A DNA stretch of 64,000 nucleotides from Candidatus Woesearchaeota archaeon. Lineage in GTDB: Archaea; Nanobdellota; Nanobdellia; Woesearchaeales; UBA525. Location: assembly GCA_028818155.1 (NCBI GenBank), contig JAPPOH010000006.1, forward strand, positions 16,557 through 80,556, given 5' to 3'. The position numbers and the translations under genes are program-made. The notes under the pieces were generated by a model. It was not told the origin of the DNA, made no database searches, and saw only the letters and a list, made by a program, of their open reading frames with translations. This document shows, piece by piece, positions 1 through 9,981 of this stretch (positions within the stretch are counted from its first letter, which is position 1; each line of letters starts with the position of its first letter).

Positions 1-83
1 GCAGGCGATTGTTAACAATCCTGAAGCATACACAGGGATCTGCACAAAGAAAACAGAACTACTCTGCAAGAAGTGGAGGAAGC

Positions 84-1343
84 ATGCCTAACACCGTTGT
101 GATTGGCAGCCAGTGGGGGGATGAAGGGAAAGGCAAGATTGTTGACCTTTTGTGTCCGGACTATGATGTTGTTGCGCGCTACCAAGGAGGCAATAATGCT
201 GGCCACACGGTGAAAGTTGGCGAGGACGTGTACAAGTTACAACTCTTGCCCTCAGGCGTTGTGCACGGGAAAGAATGTGTTCTTGGTAATGGCATGGTGA
301 TTGATCCGCTTGCGTTGCTTGAGGAAATTGCGAATTTACCACGAAAGGCACATCTGATTGTTAGTGATCGCGCGCACGTGATTCTGCCACATCATAAAGT
401 AATGGATTGGGCACACGAACAGGGCACAAAGATTGGCACGACACTCAAAGGGATTGGCCCCGCATATGGGGATAAGATCGCTCGCCGTGGCGTGCACATG
501 CACGAACTCCTGGATAAAGAAGCGCTCAAGAAGAAAGTAACTGCGCAGTGTGTTGCAACAAAGGAACACGTGCTTGCAACGCTGCCGCGAGAACACGTAC
601 TAGCGCACATGCAAGAAACATTCCCCACATATTATGATGAGCTTGAACTGTTCAACAGTGATGCAATTGTTAGTGCGTATTGGGAGGCTGGACAGCAGCT
701 GAAAGGCTCCATCAAGAATACAACACTGTTTTTGCGACAAAAAGAACACATCCTCTTTGAAGGAGCACAAGGCACATTCTTAGATATTGATCACGGGACG
801 TACCCATACGTGACGAGTTCCAACACGACAGTTGGCGGTGTCTTTGCAGGCACTGGATACGGCGGCCAAATCGAAACGCGGCTTGCAATTGTCAAAGCGT
901 ACACGACACGTGTGGGAGAGGGACCATTCCCCACAGAGTTAGAAGATGCGAATGGAAAGCACATGCAAGATGTCGGCCATGAGTTTGGGACAGTCACCGG
1001 TCGTCCTCGACGATGCGGATGGTTGGATCTTGCGTTAGTCAAGTACGCTGCCGCGCTGAATGGGTTCACACACCTCGTCATTACGAAATTGGATGTCCTT
1101 TCCGGATTAGAGACGTTGAACGTCTGCACGTCCTACAAAGAAGGCATGCCTGTTGATCTCGCCCGCGCAACGCCCGTCTACGAAGACCTGCCTGGGTGGG
1201 ATGAAGATATCACAGGCTGCACAACATACGATGCACTTCCAAAGAATTGCAAGAAGTATCTTGCAAAGATCAAAGAGGTGACGGGCGTGCCAATCAAATA
1301 CATTTCCGTTGGCCCAGAACGGAATCAGACGATTACTATATAA
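84..1343 (+). CDS. purA: adenylosuccinate synthetase
   Basis: ORF 9..1343. QWGDEGKGK P-loop, GNNAGHTV, TTRVGEGPFPTE and GTVTGRPRRCGW motifs. The ATG at 84 (MPNTVVIGSQWGDEGKG) is the likely true start. Confidence 0.95.
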   Translation: MPNTVVIGSQWGDEGKGKIVDLLCPDYDVVARYQGGNNAGHTVKVGEDVYKLQLLPSGVVHGKECVLGNGMVIDPLALLEEIANLPRKAHLIVSDRAHVILPHHKVMDWAHEQGTKIGTTLKGIGPAYGDKIARRGVHMHELLDKEALKKKVTAQCVATKEHVLATLPREHVLAHMQETFPTYYDELELFNSDAIVSAYWEAGQQLKGSIKNTTLFLRQKEHILFEGAQGTFLDIDHGTYPYVTSSNTTVGGVFAGTGYGGQIETRLAIVKAYTTRVGEGPFPTELEDANGKHMQDVGHEFGTVTGRPRRCGWLDLALVKYAAALNGFTHLVITKLDVLSGLETLNVCTSYKEGMPVDLARATPVYEDLPGWDEDITGCTTYDALPKNCKKYLAKIKEVTGVPIKYISVGPERNQTITI

Positions 1344-1361
1344 AGTACACAAGGTTACCCC

Positions 1362-2333
1362 ATGGCAATGAAGCACAAAGTCAAGCTCCTCTCAGGCACG
1401 GCAAACGAGCCGCTTGCCAAGGAAGTTGCGAAAGAGCTTGGTATGCCCCTTACTCCTGTCACGATTAAACAGTTTAATGACGGTGAGATGTATTGTCGTA
1501 TTGAAGAAAGTGTCCGTGGCCACACGTGCTTTGTCTTTCAATCCACGAGCGCGCCAGCGAATGATAATCTCATGGAGCTCTTGATTCTGGTAGATGCGTT
1601 AAAACGAGCATCCGCGAAAGAGATTAACGCAGTCATTCCCTACTACGGATATGGCAGGCAAGATAGAAAAGCGCGCTCTCGAGAGCCGATTTCCGCGAAG
1701 CTTGTTGCGAACATGCTCCAGGCTGCTGGCGTTGACAGAGTGATTACCTTTGACTTGCACGTCCGGCAGATCCAAGGGTTCTTTGACATTCCAACAGATA
1801 ACCTTGCAGTCCTTCCCTTGATGGCAGACTACTTCTTGAAGAAGAAACTCAAGAACTGTGTAGTTGTGAGCCCTGACGTTGGCGGTTCTGTCCGTGCACG
1901 GCGCTTGGCTGAGTTGTTGAACGCGCGTATCGCGCTTGTTGATAAGAGACGGCCACGGCACGGCGAGGCTGTGGTGACGAATGTTGTGGGAGATGTGAAG
2001 AATAAGAATGCGATTCTTCTTGATGATATCATCGATTCTGGCGGCACGATCACCGGCGCTGCGAAGAAGATCAAAGAGCTTGGCGCAAGGGAAGTGTATG
2101 TCGCGTGCTCGCACCCCGTGTTCTCGAAGAATGCAGTGAGAAAGCTTGGCATTAAAGCGATCAAAGAAGTTGTTGTCACGAATACTATTCCTGTACAGAA
2201 GAAGGCGAAGAACATGAAGGTGATTTCTATTGGGAAGCTGCTCGCTGTCTCGATTAAGAGAATCTATACTGCAGAGCCGATGGGTGTTGTCTTTGACAAG
2301 ATGTACAGTAGTTTGAAGAAGAAAAAGAAGTAG
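1362..2333 (+). CDS. prs: ribose-phosphate pyrophosphokinase (PRPP synthetase)
   Basis: 323 aa. YYGYGRQDRK and DDIIDSGGT PRPP-binding motifs with typical Prs architecture. Confidence 0.93.
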   Translation: MAMKHKVKLLSGTANEPLAKEVAKELGMPLTPVTIKQFNDGEMYCRIEESVRGHTCFVFQSTSAPANDNLMELLILVDALKRASAKEINAVIPYYGYGRQDRKARSREPISAKLVANMLQAAGVDRVITFDLHVRQIQGFFDIPTDNLAVLPLMADYFLKKKLKNCVVVSPDVGGSVRARRLAELLNARIALVDKRRPRHGEAVVTNVVGDVKNKNAILLDDIIDSGGTITGAAKKIKELGAREVYVACSHPVFSKNAVRKLGIKAIKEVVVTNTIPVQKKAKNMKVISIGKLLAVSIKRIYTAEPMGVVFDKMYSSLKKKKK

Positions 2334-2909
2334 TTACAGCCTATGTGCGAATCCTGCATGTTCGAATATACCATCTGTTGCACATTCTCGTAGTTCGGGG
2401 ATCCAGGCGAGAGGGACTTGTCCGTATAAGCGCATGTCAGGATCTGTTGGATTTGAAAGTCGTTCTCCAAGTAAGATGCGATATCCTTGTGCTGCTAACT
2501 GCTCGGCTGCGTTTCGTACAAATTCCCTTCGAGTTCCCTGCAATGACTCGTTATCATTTCTTTCAAGAGAGGACAATTGTAGCATGTATTCATCAATAGA
2601 TCTAAATGTCGCCGCAAGAAGAATTTTAGCTTCCGGGGAAATTGTTCCTTTAGCAACATCTGGCCAACAATGATCGTAAATATGATCGACACCGTAGCAA
2701 GGCGATGCAAGAAACAATCCAGGCGTGTATTGCCCCTGAGCTGACCATGCTGCATGCGCATCCCAATTCCTTCGAGAATCAGGCGTGTCGTGCTGGAAAA
2801 AAATCCATGTACCACTCGAGCCATTGTTCCTGACATGTACTGCATCAAGTCGCGGTAAGCATGCAGGAAACATGCGTAGTACCTCACGTTTTGTACCGAT
2901 GCCCCTCAT
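2334..2909 (-). CDS. hypothetical protein
   Basis: 191-aa ORF filling the gap between prs and purP, convergent with prs. TATA-like cttatacg about 25 nt upstream. No family recognised. Confidence 0.45.
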   Translation of the reverse strand: MRGIGTKREVLRMFPACLPRLDAVHVRNNGSSGTWIFFQHDTPDSRRNWDAHAAWSAQGQYTPGLFLASPCYGVDHIYDHCWPDVAKGTISPEAKILLAATFRSIDEYMLQLSSLERNDNESLQGTRREFVRNAAEQLAAQGYRILLGERLSNPTDPDMRLYGQVPLAWIPELRECATDGIFEHAGFAHRL

Positions 2910-2957
2910 GCATGCAGAAATCTCTCATCGTATAAGAATGTTCTCTTTGGAAAGTAA

Positions 2958-4073
2958 CTATGTGCAGATCTTGTCTAACTTGTCTGCTTCCATCGCCTGT
3001 TTAATCTCCATCGCGACACGATCACCGTAACTAATCGATTCGCCATGTAAATACCCTGAGTGGGGCGTGAACATGGTCAAGGGCGAGCCAGGAATTCTCA
3101 TAGAAACATCGAAGATAACGATTTCCTCCTTCCCGTTTTCAGAAGCGACTGCTCCCTGGAGTGCAAATGGGCCGATAATGCCCGGCGAGCATTCCTTCTT
3201 ACTTGTCTTGACGAATTGTTCTCCTAACTCGAACGCTTTCTCAAGAATGCTCTCTTTTGTCGTGCAGGCAACATGTCCTGTTTCGATGATTTTCGGTTTG
3301 ATGTGCTTCAACACCTCAAGTTGTTCGTCTGCGGGCAGTCTGATGAGACCGTCCAGGTTCGTTTGTCTTCTCATGTCCGTACCCATCAGCTCAAGCTCAT
3401 CCGTTAATGGGCTGTAGAAGTAGTTGAAGTTGATTTGCGCGCCCACGATGTACTCTTCGATGACCGCAACATCCAGTGCTTCTTGTGTGATTTCCCCTGA
3501 AGAAAGCATCTCGCTTGTTTTCTTTTTGAAATCTGCTGGTGTTTGCGCAAAGAAGAATGCTCGTTCGTAGCCTCGCGAGGCTTCGTTCACTTTGACGATC
3601 ACTAATCTGTCGATATCTTCTGGTTTTTCGAAGATTTTCGGGAAGCGGATGCCCGCTTGCTCCATGATATGGTATTGGTTGTTTGGCACGTCACGCTCTT
3701 CCAGCTTTAACATTTCTCTCGTGCCGTAAATGGGCACTTGCAGCTTTTGCTCAATGTCCATCCAGTCGCAGTAGACCCAGAAGTATCTGTTGTGGATGAA
3801 GATTGTGTTTAATTTTCTTAGTTGTTGCTGGACATCTTCCTTCACAATATCCGCGAATTTGTCGACGAGAATCACTTCGTCAACGATGCCTTTGCCGTCT
3901 CGTGTTTTGTAATATTTGGCGTATGTTTTCTCTCGTCCTTTCTGACAGACAGCGACAGTTCTAAACCCGAGTTTTTTTGCTCCTCGACAAATGTCTAAAG
4001 CTGAATGGCCTCCAAGAACGCCGATCGTGATGTTTTCCTTGTTATAGCCATCGAGAATCTCTTTGACGTTCAT
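2958..4073 (-). CDS. purP: 5-formaminoimidazole-4-carboxamide ribonucleotide (FAICAR) synthetase, ATP-grasp, PurP family
   Basis: 371 aa. N-terminal IGVLGGHSALDICRGAKKLGF followed by an ATP-grasp body typical of archaeal PurP. Its start overlaps the stop of the upstream paralog (ATGA). Confidence 0.85.
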   Translation of the reverse strand: MNVKEILDGYNKENITIGVLGGHSALDICRGAKKLGFRTVAVCQKGREKTYAKYYKTRDGKGIVDEVILVDKFADIVKEDVQQQLRKLNTIFIHNRYFWVYCDWMDIEQKLQVPIYGTREMLKLEERDVPNNQYHIMEQAGIRFPKIFEKPEDIDRLVIVKVNEASRGYERAFFFAQTPADFKKKTSEMLSSGEITQEALDVAVIEEYIVGAQINFNYFYSPLTDELELMGTDMRRQTNLDGLIRLPADEQLEVLKHIKPKIIETGHVACTTKESILEKAFELGEQFVKTSKKECSPGIIGPFALQGAVASENGKEEIVIFDVSMRIPGSPLTMFTPHSGYLHGESISYGDRVAMEIKQAMEADKLDKICT

Positions 4074-5083
4074 TGAATGACCTCGTTAATCCTGTCTTGT
4101 TCGATTGCCTGCTTAATATCTCGTGCAATCCTTCTGCCAGTGCTCATCGGTTCATCGTACTTCAAGTAGGAATATGGAGAGCCGTCCACGAATGGGTTTG
4201 TACCTGCAACGATTCTTGCAGAGATCTCGAAGATGAAAAACTCTTGGTCCGGTGTCAAGACGCCTTCTAAACAGAATGGACCGAAGAGTCCTTGTTCGCC
4301 AACGATTGTTTTGCTCGCTTCAACGACCGCCTTCCCCATTTCGATCGCTTTCGGCAGGAGTGATTCTCTGATGACAATAGGGACGTTGCCCACGACAACG
4401 TAGCTTGGGTCCACTGAGTCGAGTGCGATCTGGTCTCTCGCGCTGATTCTTCCAATGCTGTCCACGTTGCTTTCGTATCTCTTATCGAAGCTGAGGATTT
4501 CGAGTTCTTTTGTGATTGGGCTGTAGAAGTAGTGGATGTAAATGGGCACACCGATGATGTACTCTTGGATCGCGTATTCTTTTCCAGGGTGTGCTTTGAT
4601 TTTTTCGTTGAAATCTTCTGTATTTCGCGCGAGGAAGTAGCCTCTGCCGCCCTGTGCGCCATGGAACTTGACGATGACAGAGCGGTCAATGTCCTCGGGT
4701 TTCTCAAACATGAGTGGCATGTTGATGCCCGCTTTCTCTTTGAGCCACTCGCGCTCCATATTCCTATCAGATTCCCACTCGAGGATCGCTTTGTTGCCAT
4801 AGTACTTTGCGTTCATGCTTTTTGTTGCTTCAATCCCCATATATGCGATGAAGCTCCCATGTGGGATGATGATCGCGTTTTTCTTGATAAGTTCTTCTTC
4901 AGGGAATTCCTTGAAACTATCAACGGTGATGATTTCGTCAGCGACGGGGAACATCGTGTATGGCTCTTCCCTCCCCTTTGCACAGACGACGATCGTTTTG
5001 AACCCTTCTTGCTTCGCCCCGTGCAGAATCTGGAGTGCAGAGTGGCTTCCTAATGTTGCAATAGAATAATCGCCTATACCCAT
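4070..5083 (-). CDS. PurP-family ATP-grasp paralog
   Basis: ORF 4070..5212. The ATG at 5083 (MGIGDYSIATLGSHSALQILHGAKQEGF) aligns with the N-terminus of the neighbouring PurP. The longer N-terminal extension would run through the divergent guaA promoter. Confidence 0.8.
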   Translation of the reverse strand: MGIGDYSIATLGSHSALQILHGAKQEGFKTIVVCAKGREEPYTMFPVADEIITVDSFKEFPEEELIKKNAIIIPHGSFIAYMGIEATKSMNAKYYGNKAILEWESDRNMEREWLKEKAGINMPLMFEKPEDIDRSVIVKFHGAQGGRGYFLARNTEDFNEKIKAHPGKEYAIQEYIIGVPIYIHYFYSPITKELEILSFDKRYESNVDSIGRISARDQIALDSVDPSYVVVGNVPIVIRESLLPKAIEMGKAVVEASKTIVGEQGLFGPFCLEGVLTPDQEFFIFEISARIVAGTNPFVDGSPYSYLKYDEPMSTGRRIARDIKQAIEQDRINEVIQ

Positions 5084-5172
5084 AGAAGGGGGTAGCTGGC
5101 AGGTGTTCTTAAATTTGTTGGTTCTCACCCGTCGAAAGCTATTTAAACAACCCGCAGTCCGTGAAATAAAGT

Positions 5173-6945
5173 ATGGGGGTAGCGATTCTCGACTGTGGCG
5201 CGCAGTACGCAAAAGTCATAGACCGCCGCATACGCGAACTTGGTGTGGAAAGCTTCTTACTTCCTGTCGATACCCCTGCTGAAACGCTCAAAGAGTACGA
5301 AGCGATCATTCTTTCTGGCGGCCCGGACAGCGTGAATGACGATGGCTCGCCACGCGTTGACGAAGCAGTATTTGAACTAGGCATCCCTGTTCTTGGCGTC
5401 TGTTATGGCATGCAGCTCATGGCACACCACTTTCAGGGCAAGATCGGACAGAAGGAAACGAAAGAATACGGCGAGACAATAATCGCGATCAAAGCAAGTC
5501 CACTCTTCACAGGACTGGAGGAACGAGAACAAGTTCTCATGAGCCACGGCGATAGTGTACTGGAATTGCCAGAAGGCTTCACCGCAATCGCACACTCACA
5601 CGATATTATTGCTGCGATGGCGAATGATGAGAAGAAGATGTACGGCGTCCAATTCCACCCTGAAGTGGATCTCACCCTCAACGGAAAGCAAGTCTACCAT
5701 AACTTCCTGTTTGGCATTGCGAACGTCGAGAAAAGCCACAACCTCGAGCTTTCCGTGGAAAAATCTGTCAAGAAAATCCGAGAGACAGTAGGAACGAACA
5801 ATGTCGCAGTCCTCATCTCCGGCGGTGTGGACTCTGCCGTGACAGCAGCTCTTTTACGAAAAGCACTGCCGAAAGAACAGATCTATGGTATTCATATTGA
5901 CCACGGGTTCATGCGCAAAGATGAGTCCAGAACAGTCATGGAAGCGCTCACAGCACTCGACATCAACGTAAAACTTGTGGAAGCCGCGCAAGAATTCCAA
6001 GAAGCAACCACGACCATTGACGGAAAGGAAAGCTGCGCGCTCAAAGACGCTGTTGACCCTGAAGTGAAGCGAAAGATCATCGGCGACTGTTTTATCACGT
6101 TGTCAGATCGTGAACTCAAGAGCATCCCAGGCACCGTCTACCTCGCACAGGGCACACTCAGACCAGATCTCATCGAGAGCGCTTCTTCATTGGTGAGTTC
6201 CACTGCAGAAACAATCAAAACACACCATAATGATTCAGATCTTGTGCGAAGGAAGAGAGCAGAAGGCCTCGTGATCGAGACGAACAAAGATTGGCACAAA
6301 GATGAAGTACGCACCATTGGGAAAGAGCTCGGGCTTCCAGACTATATTGTCCAACGACAACCATTTCCTGGGCCAGGTCTCGCAATCAGATGCTTGTGCG
6401 CGGATACCGCCGATGAGATTGACCCAGCACCCGTACAAGAAATCGCGAAAGCGTATGACTTAGAAGCAGATGTCCTCCCTATCAAGAGCGTTGGCGTCCA
6501 AGGAGATGGACGGACATACAGCTATGTCAGCATTGTCAACGGACACGACACCTGGGAGCAGATCAAAGCGGCAGCGTCCGAAATCCCAAGAAAAGTCCAC
6601 ACCGTAAACAGAGTCTGCTACAGCTTTGGCGAGCCAGGACCAGTGCAAACGTCACGATTGTCAAAAGACAGGCTTGACCTCCTGCGAGAGGCGGACGCAA
6701 TTGTGCGCGAGCACCTCAAGGAATACCCATTCGCACAAGTGCCCGTTATCTTACTCCCGAATAACTCGCTCGTTCTCAGGCCATTCATCACGAACGACTT
6801 CATGACGGGCAGAGCAGCAATACTTGGCGAGGAACTCCCTTGGGGCGTACTCCGCAATATTGTTAAAGAGCTGGCAGCTCTGAACATCACTTCAGTATTA
6901 TACGATCTCACAAGCAAACCACCGGGGACAACAGAATGGGAGTAG
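5173..6945 (+). CDS. guaA: GMP synthase (glutamine-hydrolysing), single-chain long (eukaryote-like) type
   Basis: 590 aa. N-terminal class-I GATase (GVCYGMQLM, FHPEV). ATP-PPase SGGVDS P-loop. AQGTLRPDLIESAS...KTHHND...PFPGPGLAIR and the C-terminal YDLTSKPPGTTEWE match my memory of animal GMPS. TATA ctatttaaac lies about 25 nt upstream. Confidence 0.92.
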   Translation: MGVAILDCGAQYAKVIDRRIRELGVESFLLPVDTPAETLKEYEAIILSGGPDSVNDDGSPRVDEAVFELGIPVLGVCYGMQLMAHHFQGKIGQKETKEYGETIIAIKASPLFTGLEEREQVLMSHGDSVLELPEGFTAIAHSHDIIAAMANDEKKMYGVQFHPEVDLTLNGKQVYHNFLFGIANVEKSHNLELSVEKSVKKIRETVGTNNVAVLISGGVDSAVTAALLRKALPKEQIYGIHIDHGFMRKDESRTVMEALTALDINVKLVEAAQEFQEATTTIDGKESCALKDAVDPEVKRKIIGDCFITLSDRELKSIPGTVYLAQGTLRPDLIESASSLVSSTAETIKTHHNDSDLVRRKRAEGLVIETNKDWHKDEVRTIGKELGLPDYIVQRQPFPGPGLAIRCLCADTADEIDPAPVQEIAKAYDLEADVLPIKSVGVQGDGRTYSYVSIVNGHDTWEQIKAAASEIPRKVHTVNRVCYSFGEPGPVQTSRLSKDRLDLLREADAIVREHLKEYPFAQVPVILLPNNSLVLRPFITNDFMTGRAAILGEELPWGVLRNIVKELAALNITSVLYDLTSKPPGTTEWE

Positions 6946-8432
6946 CACTCATCAGCGTATCAGACAAGACAGGGATTGTCGAGTTTGCAAAGAAGCTTTC
7001 AGACTATACGATTCTCTCCACAGGCGGCACGGCAAAACTGTTAGAGGAAAACGGCATTTCTGTTACAAAAGTCGAAGACTTTACAGGACAGAAAGAAATT
7101 CTCGGTGGCAGAGTCAAAACACTCCATCCGAAAATTCACGGCGGCATCCTCGCACGGGATGATCAGCTTGGTGAGTTAGAGCACGAGCCTATCGATCTTG
7201 TCGTGGCAAACCTCTACCCATTCGGTGAAACAGTACGAAACAACCCATCTGTAGAAGAAGCGGTCGAACAGATCGATATCGGCGGCGTCACATTACTGCG
7301 AGCCGCCGCAAAGAACTTTCACAGGGTAACTGTCGTTTGTGACCCAGCAGACTACGAACACGCGCTGACAGCTGATGCTGACATGCGGAAGAAACTTGCA
7401 GTGAAAGCCTTTCGCCACACAGCAAACTATGACGCAACCATCGATATCTGGTTGAGCAAAGAACTCGTTGGTGAGCGCGCACTCCACTTCCGATGCAGTG
7501 GCGGGCAAGAACTACGGTATGGAGAAAACCCACACCAGAAAGCGACGTTCTACCCTGACCACACGACAGGGATTGGCAACATGGAACAACTCCATGGCAA
7601 ACAATTATCCTACAACAACTACCTGGACGGTGATGCAGCGATTGCAGTTGTCCGTGATCTTGAAGGGCCGGCTGTTTGCGTTGTGAAACACCTGAACCCC
7701 TGCGGGATCGCGACAGGAACAACACTGAGAAGCGCACTCGAAGCAGCATGGTCCGGTGACATTATTAGTGCATTCGGCAGCGTCATCGCATTCTCTCAGG
7801 AAGTTGATCGTGCAACTGTTGAGTTTTTCAAAGGGAAGTTTGTTGAAATCCTCATTGCACCATCCTTCACAAACGAAGCAATCGAGTACATCCAAGCAAA
7901 AAGTAAAAATATTCGCTTGTTACAAGGCGACTTTGGCGAACATCGCGCGCAAATCAGGCAATTAGGAGGCGGCATGCTCGAACAGACACCTGATAACGTG
8001 CTCTTCGAACAATGGGAGTGCGTGACGAAAGAGCCGTTTCCAGATGAGAAGAAAGCGCTCGCTGCATTCACGATGACCGCATGTAAACATACGAAGAGTA
8101 ACGCCTGCATTCTCGGCGTGGAATACGAGCCTGGCTGCTACAAAGTCCTTGGCATGGGTGCTGGCCAGCCGAACAGAGTGAACTCGTTCAAGGCACTTGC
8201 CGTGGCGAAAGCACGAGAGAATATTGAGCGGGATGGTGGTGACATACAAGATGCTGTGTTCGCATCAGACGCGTTCTTCCCATTTGACGATACTGTCCGG
8301 GCGGCAGCGGACGCACGTATCAAGTATATTGTCCAGCCAGGCGGCTCGATCAAGGACAAAGAAGTGATCGCGACGGCAGATGAGCTTGGCATCGCAATGG
8401 TGTTCTCAGGAACACGACACTTTAAGCATTAG
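6936..8432 (+). CDS. purH: bifunctional AICAR transformylase / IMP cyclohydrolase
   Basis: 498 aa. MGS-like N-domain (ALISVSDKTGIVEFAK, KTLHPKIHGGILAR) plus an AICARFT domain. The start overlaps the guaA stop by 10 nt. Confidence 0.93.
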   Translation: MGVALISVSDKTGIVEFAKKLSDYTILSTGGTAKLLEENGISVTKVEDFTGQKEILGGRVKTLHPKIHGGILARDDQLGELEHEPIDLVVANLYPFGETVRNNPSVEEAVEQIDIGGVTLLRAAAKNFHRVTVVCDPADYEHALTADADMRKKLAVKAFRHTANYDATIDIWLSKELVGERALHFRCSGGQELRYGENPHQKATFYPDHTTGIGNMEQLHGKQLSYNNYLDGDAAIAVVRDLEGPAVCVVKHLNPCGIATGTTLRSALEAAWSGDIISAFGSVIAFSQEVDRATVEFFKGKFVEILIAPSFTNEAIEYIQAKSKNIRLLQGDFGEHRAQIRQLGGGMLEQTPDNVLFEQWECVTKEPFPDEKKALAAFTMTACKHTKSNACILGVEYEPGCYKVLGMGAGQPNRVNSFKALAVAKARENIERDGGDIQDAVFASDAFFPFDDTVRAAADARIKYIVQPGGSIKDKEVIATADELGIAMVFSGTRHFKH

Positions 8433-9820
8433 CACTTTCTCGCTTCCGCACGAGCAGCAGCCATCACTTCTTGCTGTTCCATTGGTATCTTCAATGGATA
8501 CTTGCCATCAAGACATGCCATACACATGCTTGTCTTCTTGCATGCTGTTTTCACGCCTTCGATGCTCTGATAGGTGAGAGAATCAGCACCCATGTACTCC
8601 CTGATTTCATCAACGGAACGTGCACCAGCAATCAATTCCTTATCTGTCGGAAAGTCAATGCCATAGAAGCACGGATTCTTGATTGGTGGACACGCAGAAA
8701 TGAAATGCACTTCCTTTGCACCTGCGTTCCTGAGGAGCATCACAATGCGCTTGCTTGTCGTGCCACGCACAATACTATCATCCACAACAGCGACGCGTTT
8801 GTCTTTGATAACTGTGATGATTGGGTTCAGTTTTACTGAGACTGCTTGTTCTCTCGTTTTTTGGTCAGGCATGATGAATGTTCTGCCAGAATATCTGTTT
8901 TTAATGAGTCCTTCACGATACTTCACACCGATTGTTTCCGCAAACTTCAGTGCTGTTGTTCTCGCAGTGTCCGGCACAGGGATGACAACATCCACTTCTT
9001 TCTCGAAGATTTTCGCTAACTGTACGCCAAGTTGGAGCCGTGCGTTGTACACAGCACGGTCATCAATTATGCTGTCAGGTCGTGCGAAATACACCCACTC
9101 AAACATGCACGGGTACGCAGTCTTTTGTTTAATGATCCTATTTGTGACTTCTAAATCTTTTGTGATAAGGATTACTTCTCCTGCTTCGAGGTCGCGGACA
9201 CGCTCGTAGCCGAGTTGCTGGAACACGATGCTCTCTGACGCAAGGCAGTATCCGTTCTCGTTCTTGCCGAGCATGAGTGGTCTGATGCCGTTCGGGTCTC
9301 TGAACGCGACGAGGCCGACATCTTCGATCGCTGTGAGGACAGAGTATGCACCTTTCACTCGGGCCATGAGGCGCTCAACTGCAAAGAACACATCTTGCTT
9401 CTTCTCATATTCGTGCGCGAAGATCTTGCTCATCATCTCGACATCGTTTTCCGTTTCTAAGAAGACGCCTCGTTTCTTGAGCAGTTCTCTGAGTGCGTAG
9501 TAGTTTGTCAAGTTGCCGTTATGAATCATCCCAACACGTTTTGTTGAGCTTACGAGGAATGGGTGCGCGTCTTCGTGCTTGTTGTTCGAACTCGCTGTCG
9601 GATATCTCGTGTGGCCAATGCCGATATTCCCGTCTAATTCTTGAATATCATGCTGTGAGAAGATCTTGTCAACGTGGCCGAGTCCCTTTTTCATCTTGGG
9701 GCCGCCGTTCAGTGTCAGCATGCCTGCTGCATCCTGCCCCCTATGCTGCAGCGCAGTCATACCGTAGTACAACTGAGCAGCGGCGTTCCCCCTCGTAACG
9801 ATCCCTATAACGCCACACAT
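8429..9820 (-). CDS. purF: amidophosphoribosyltransferase
   Basis: 463 aa beginning MCGVIGIV (Ntn Cys). PRTase motif VVDDSIVRGTT. C-terminal Cys cluster. TATA cacttataaac about 25 nt upstream. Confidence 0.95.
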   Translation of the reverse strand: MCGVIGIVTRGNAAAQLYYGMTALQHRGQDAAGMLTLNGGPKMKKGLGHVDKIFSQHDIQELDGNIGIGHTRYPTASSNNKHEDAHPFLVSSTKRVGMIHNGNLTNYYALRELLKKRGVFLETENDVEMMSKIFAHEYEKKQDVFFAVERLMARVKGAYSVLTAIEDVGLVAFRDPNGIRPLMLGKNENGYCLASESIVFQQLGYERVRDLEAGEVILITKDLEVTNRIIKQKTAYPCMFEWVYFARPDSIIDDRAVYNARLQLGVQLAKIFEKEVDVVIPVPDTARTTALKFAETIGVKYREGLIKNRYSGRTFIMPDQKTREQAVSVKLNPIITVIKDKRVAVVDDSIVRGTTSKRIVMLLRNAGAKEVHFISACPPIKNPCFYGIDFPTDKELIAGARSVDEIREYMGADSLTYQSIEGVKTACKKTSMCMACLDGKYPLKIPMEQQEVMAAARAEARKC

Positions 9821-9956
9821 TGTTTTCTAGAGGTTCACCAGTCGTGTTTATAAGTGTTTGGTATCTCTTGTAAGAGGTTGCCAGTCAAAAATGGCGATGT
9901 GGTTATCGAGATGTACTTTACCTGTCAGAGAGAGCTATTCTTTGGGAAACATTCAT

Positions 9957-9972
9957 AAATTCATATGAATTT
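9957..9972. promoter_or_regulatory. perfect 16-bp palindrome AAATTCATATGAATTT in the promoter of the AbrB-like gene
   Basis: Read directly. The palindrome ends 10 nt before the ATG at 9982 and overlaps the AT-rich TATA region. Confidence 0.5.
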
Positions 9973-9981
9973 TCATATTGT

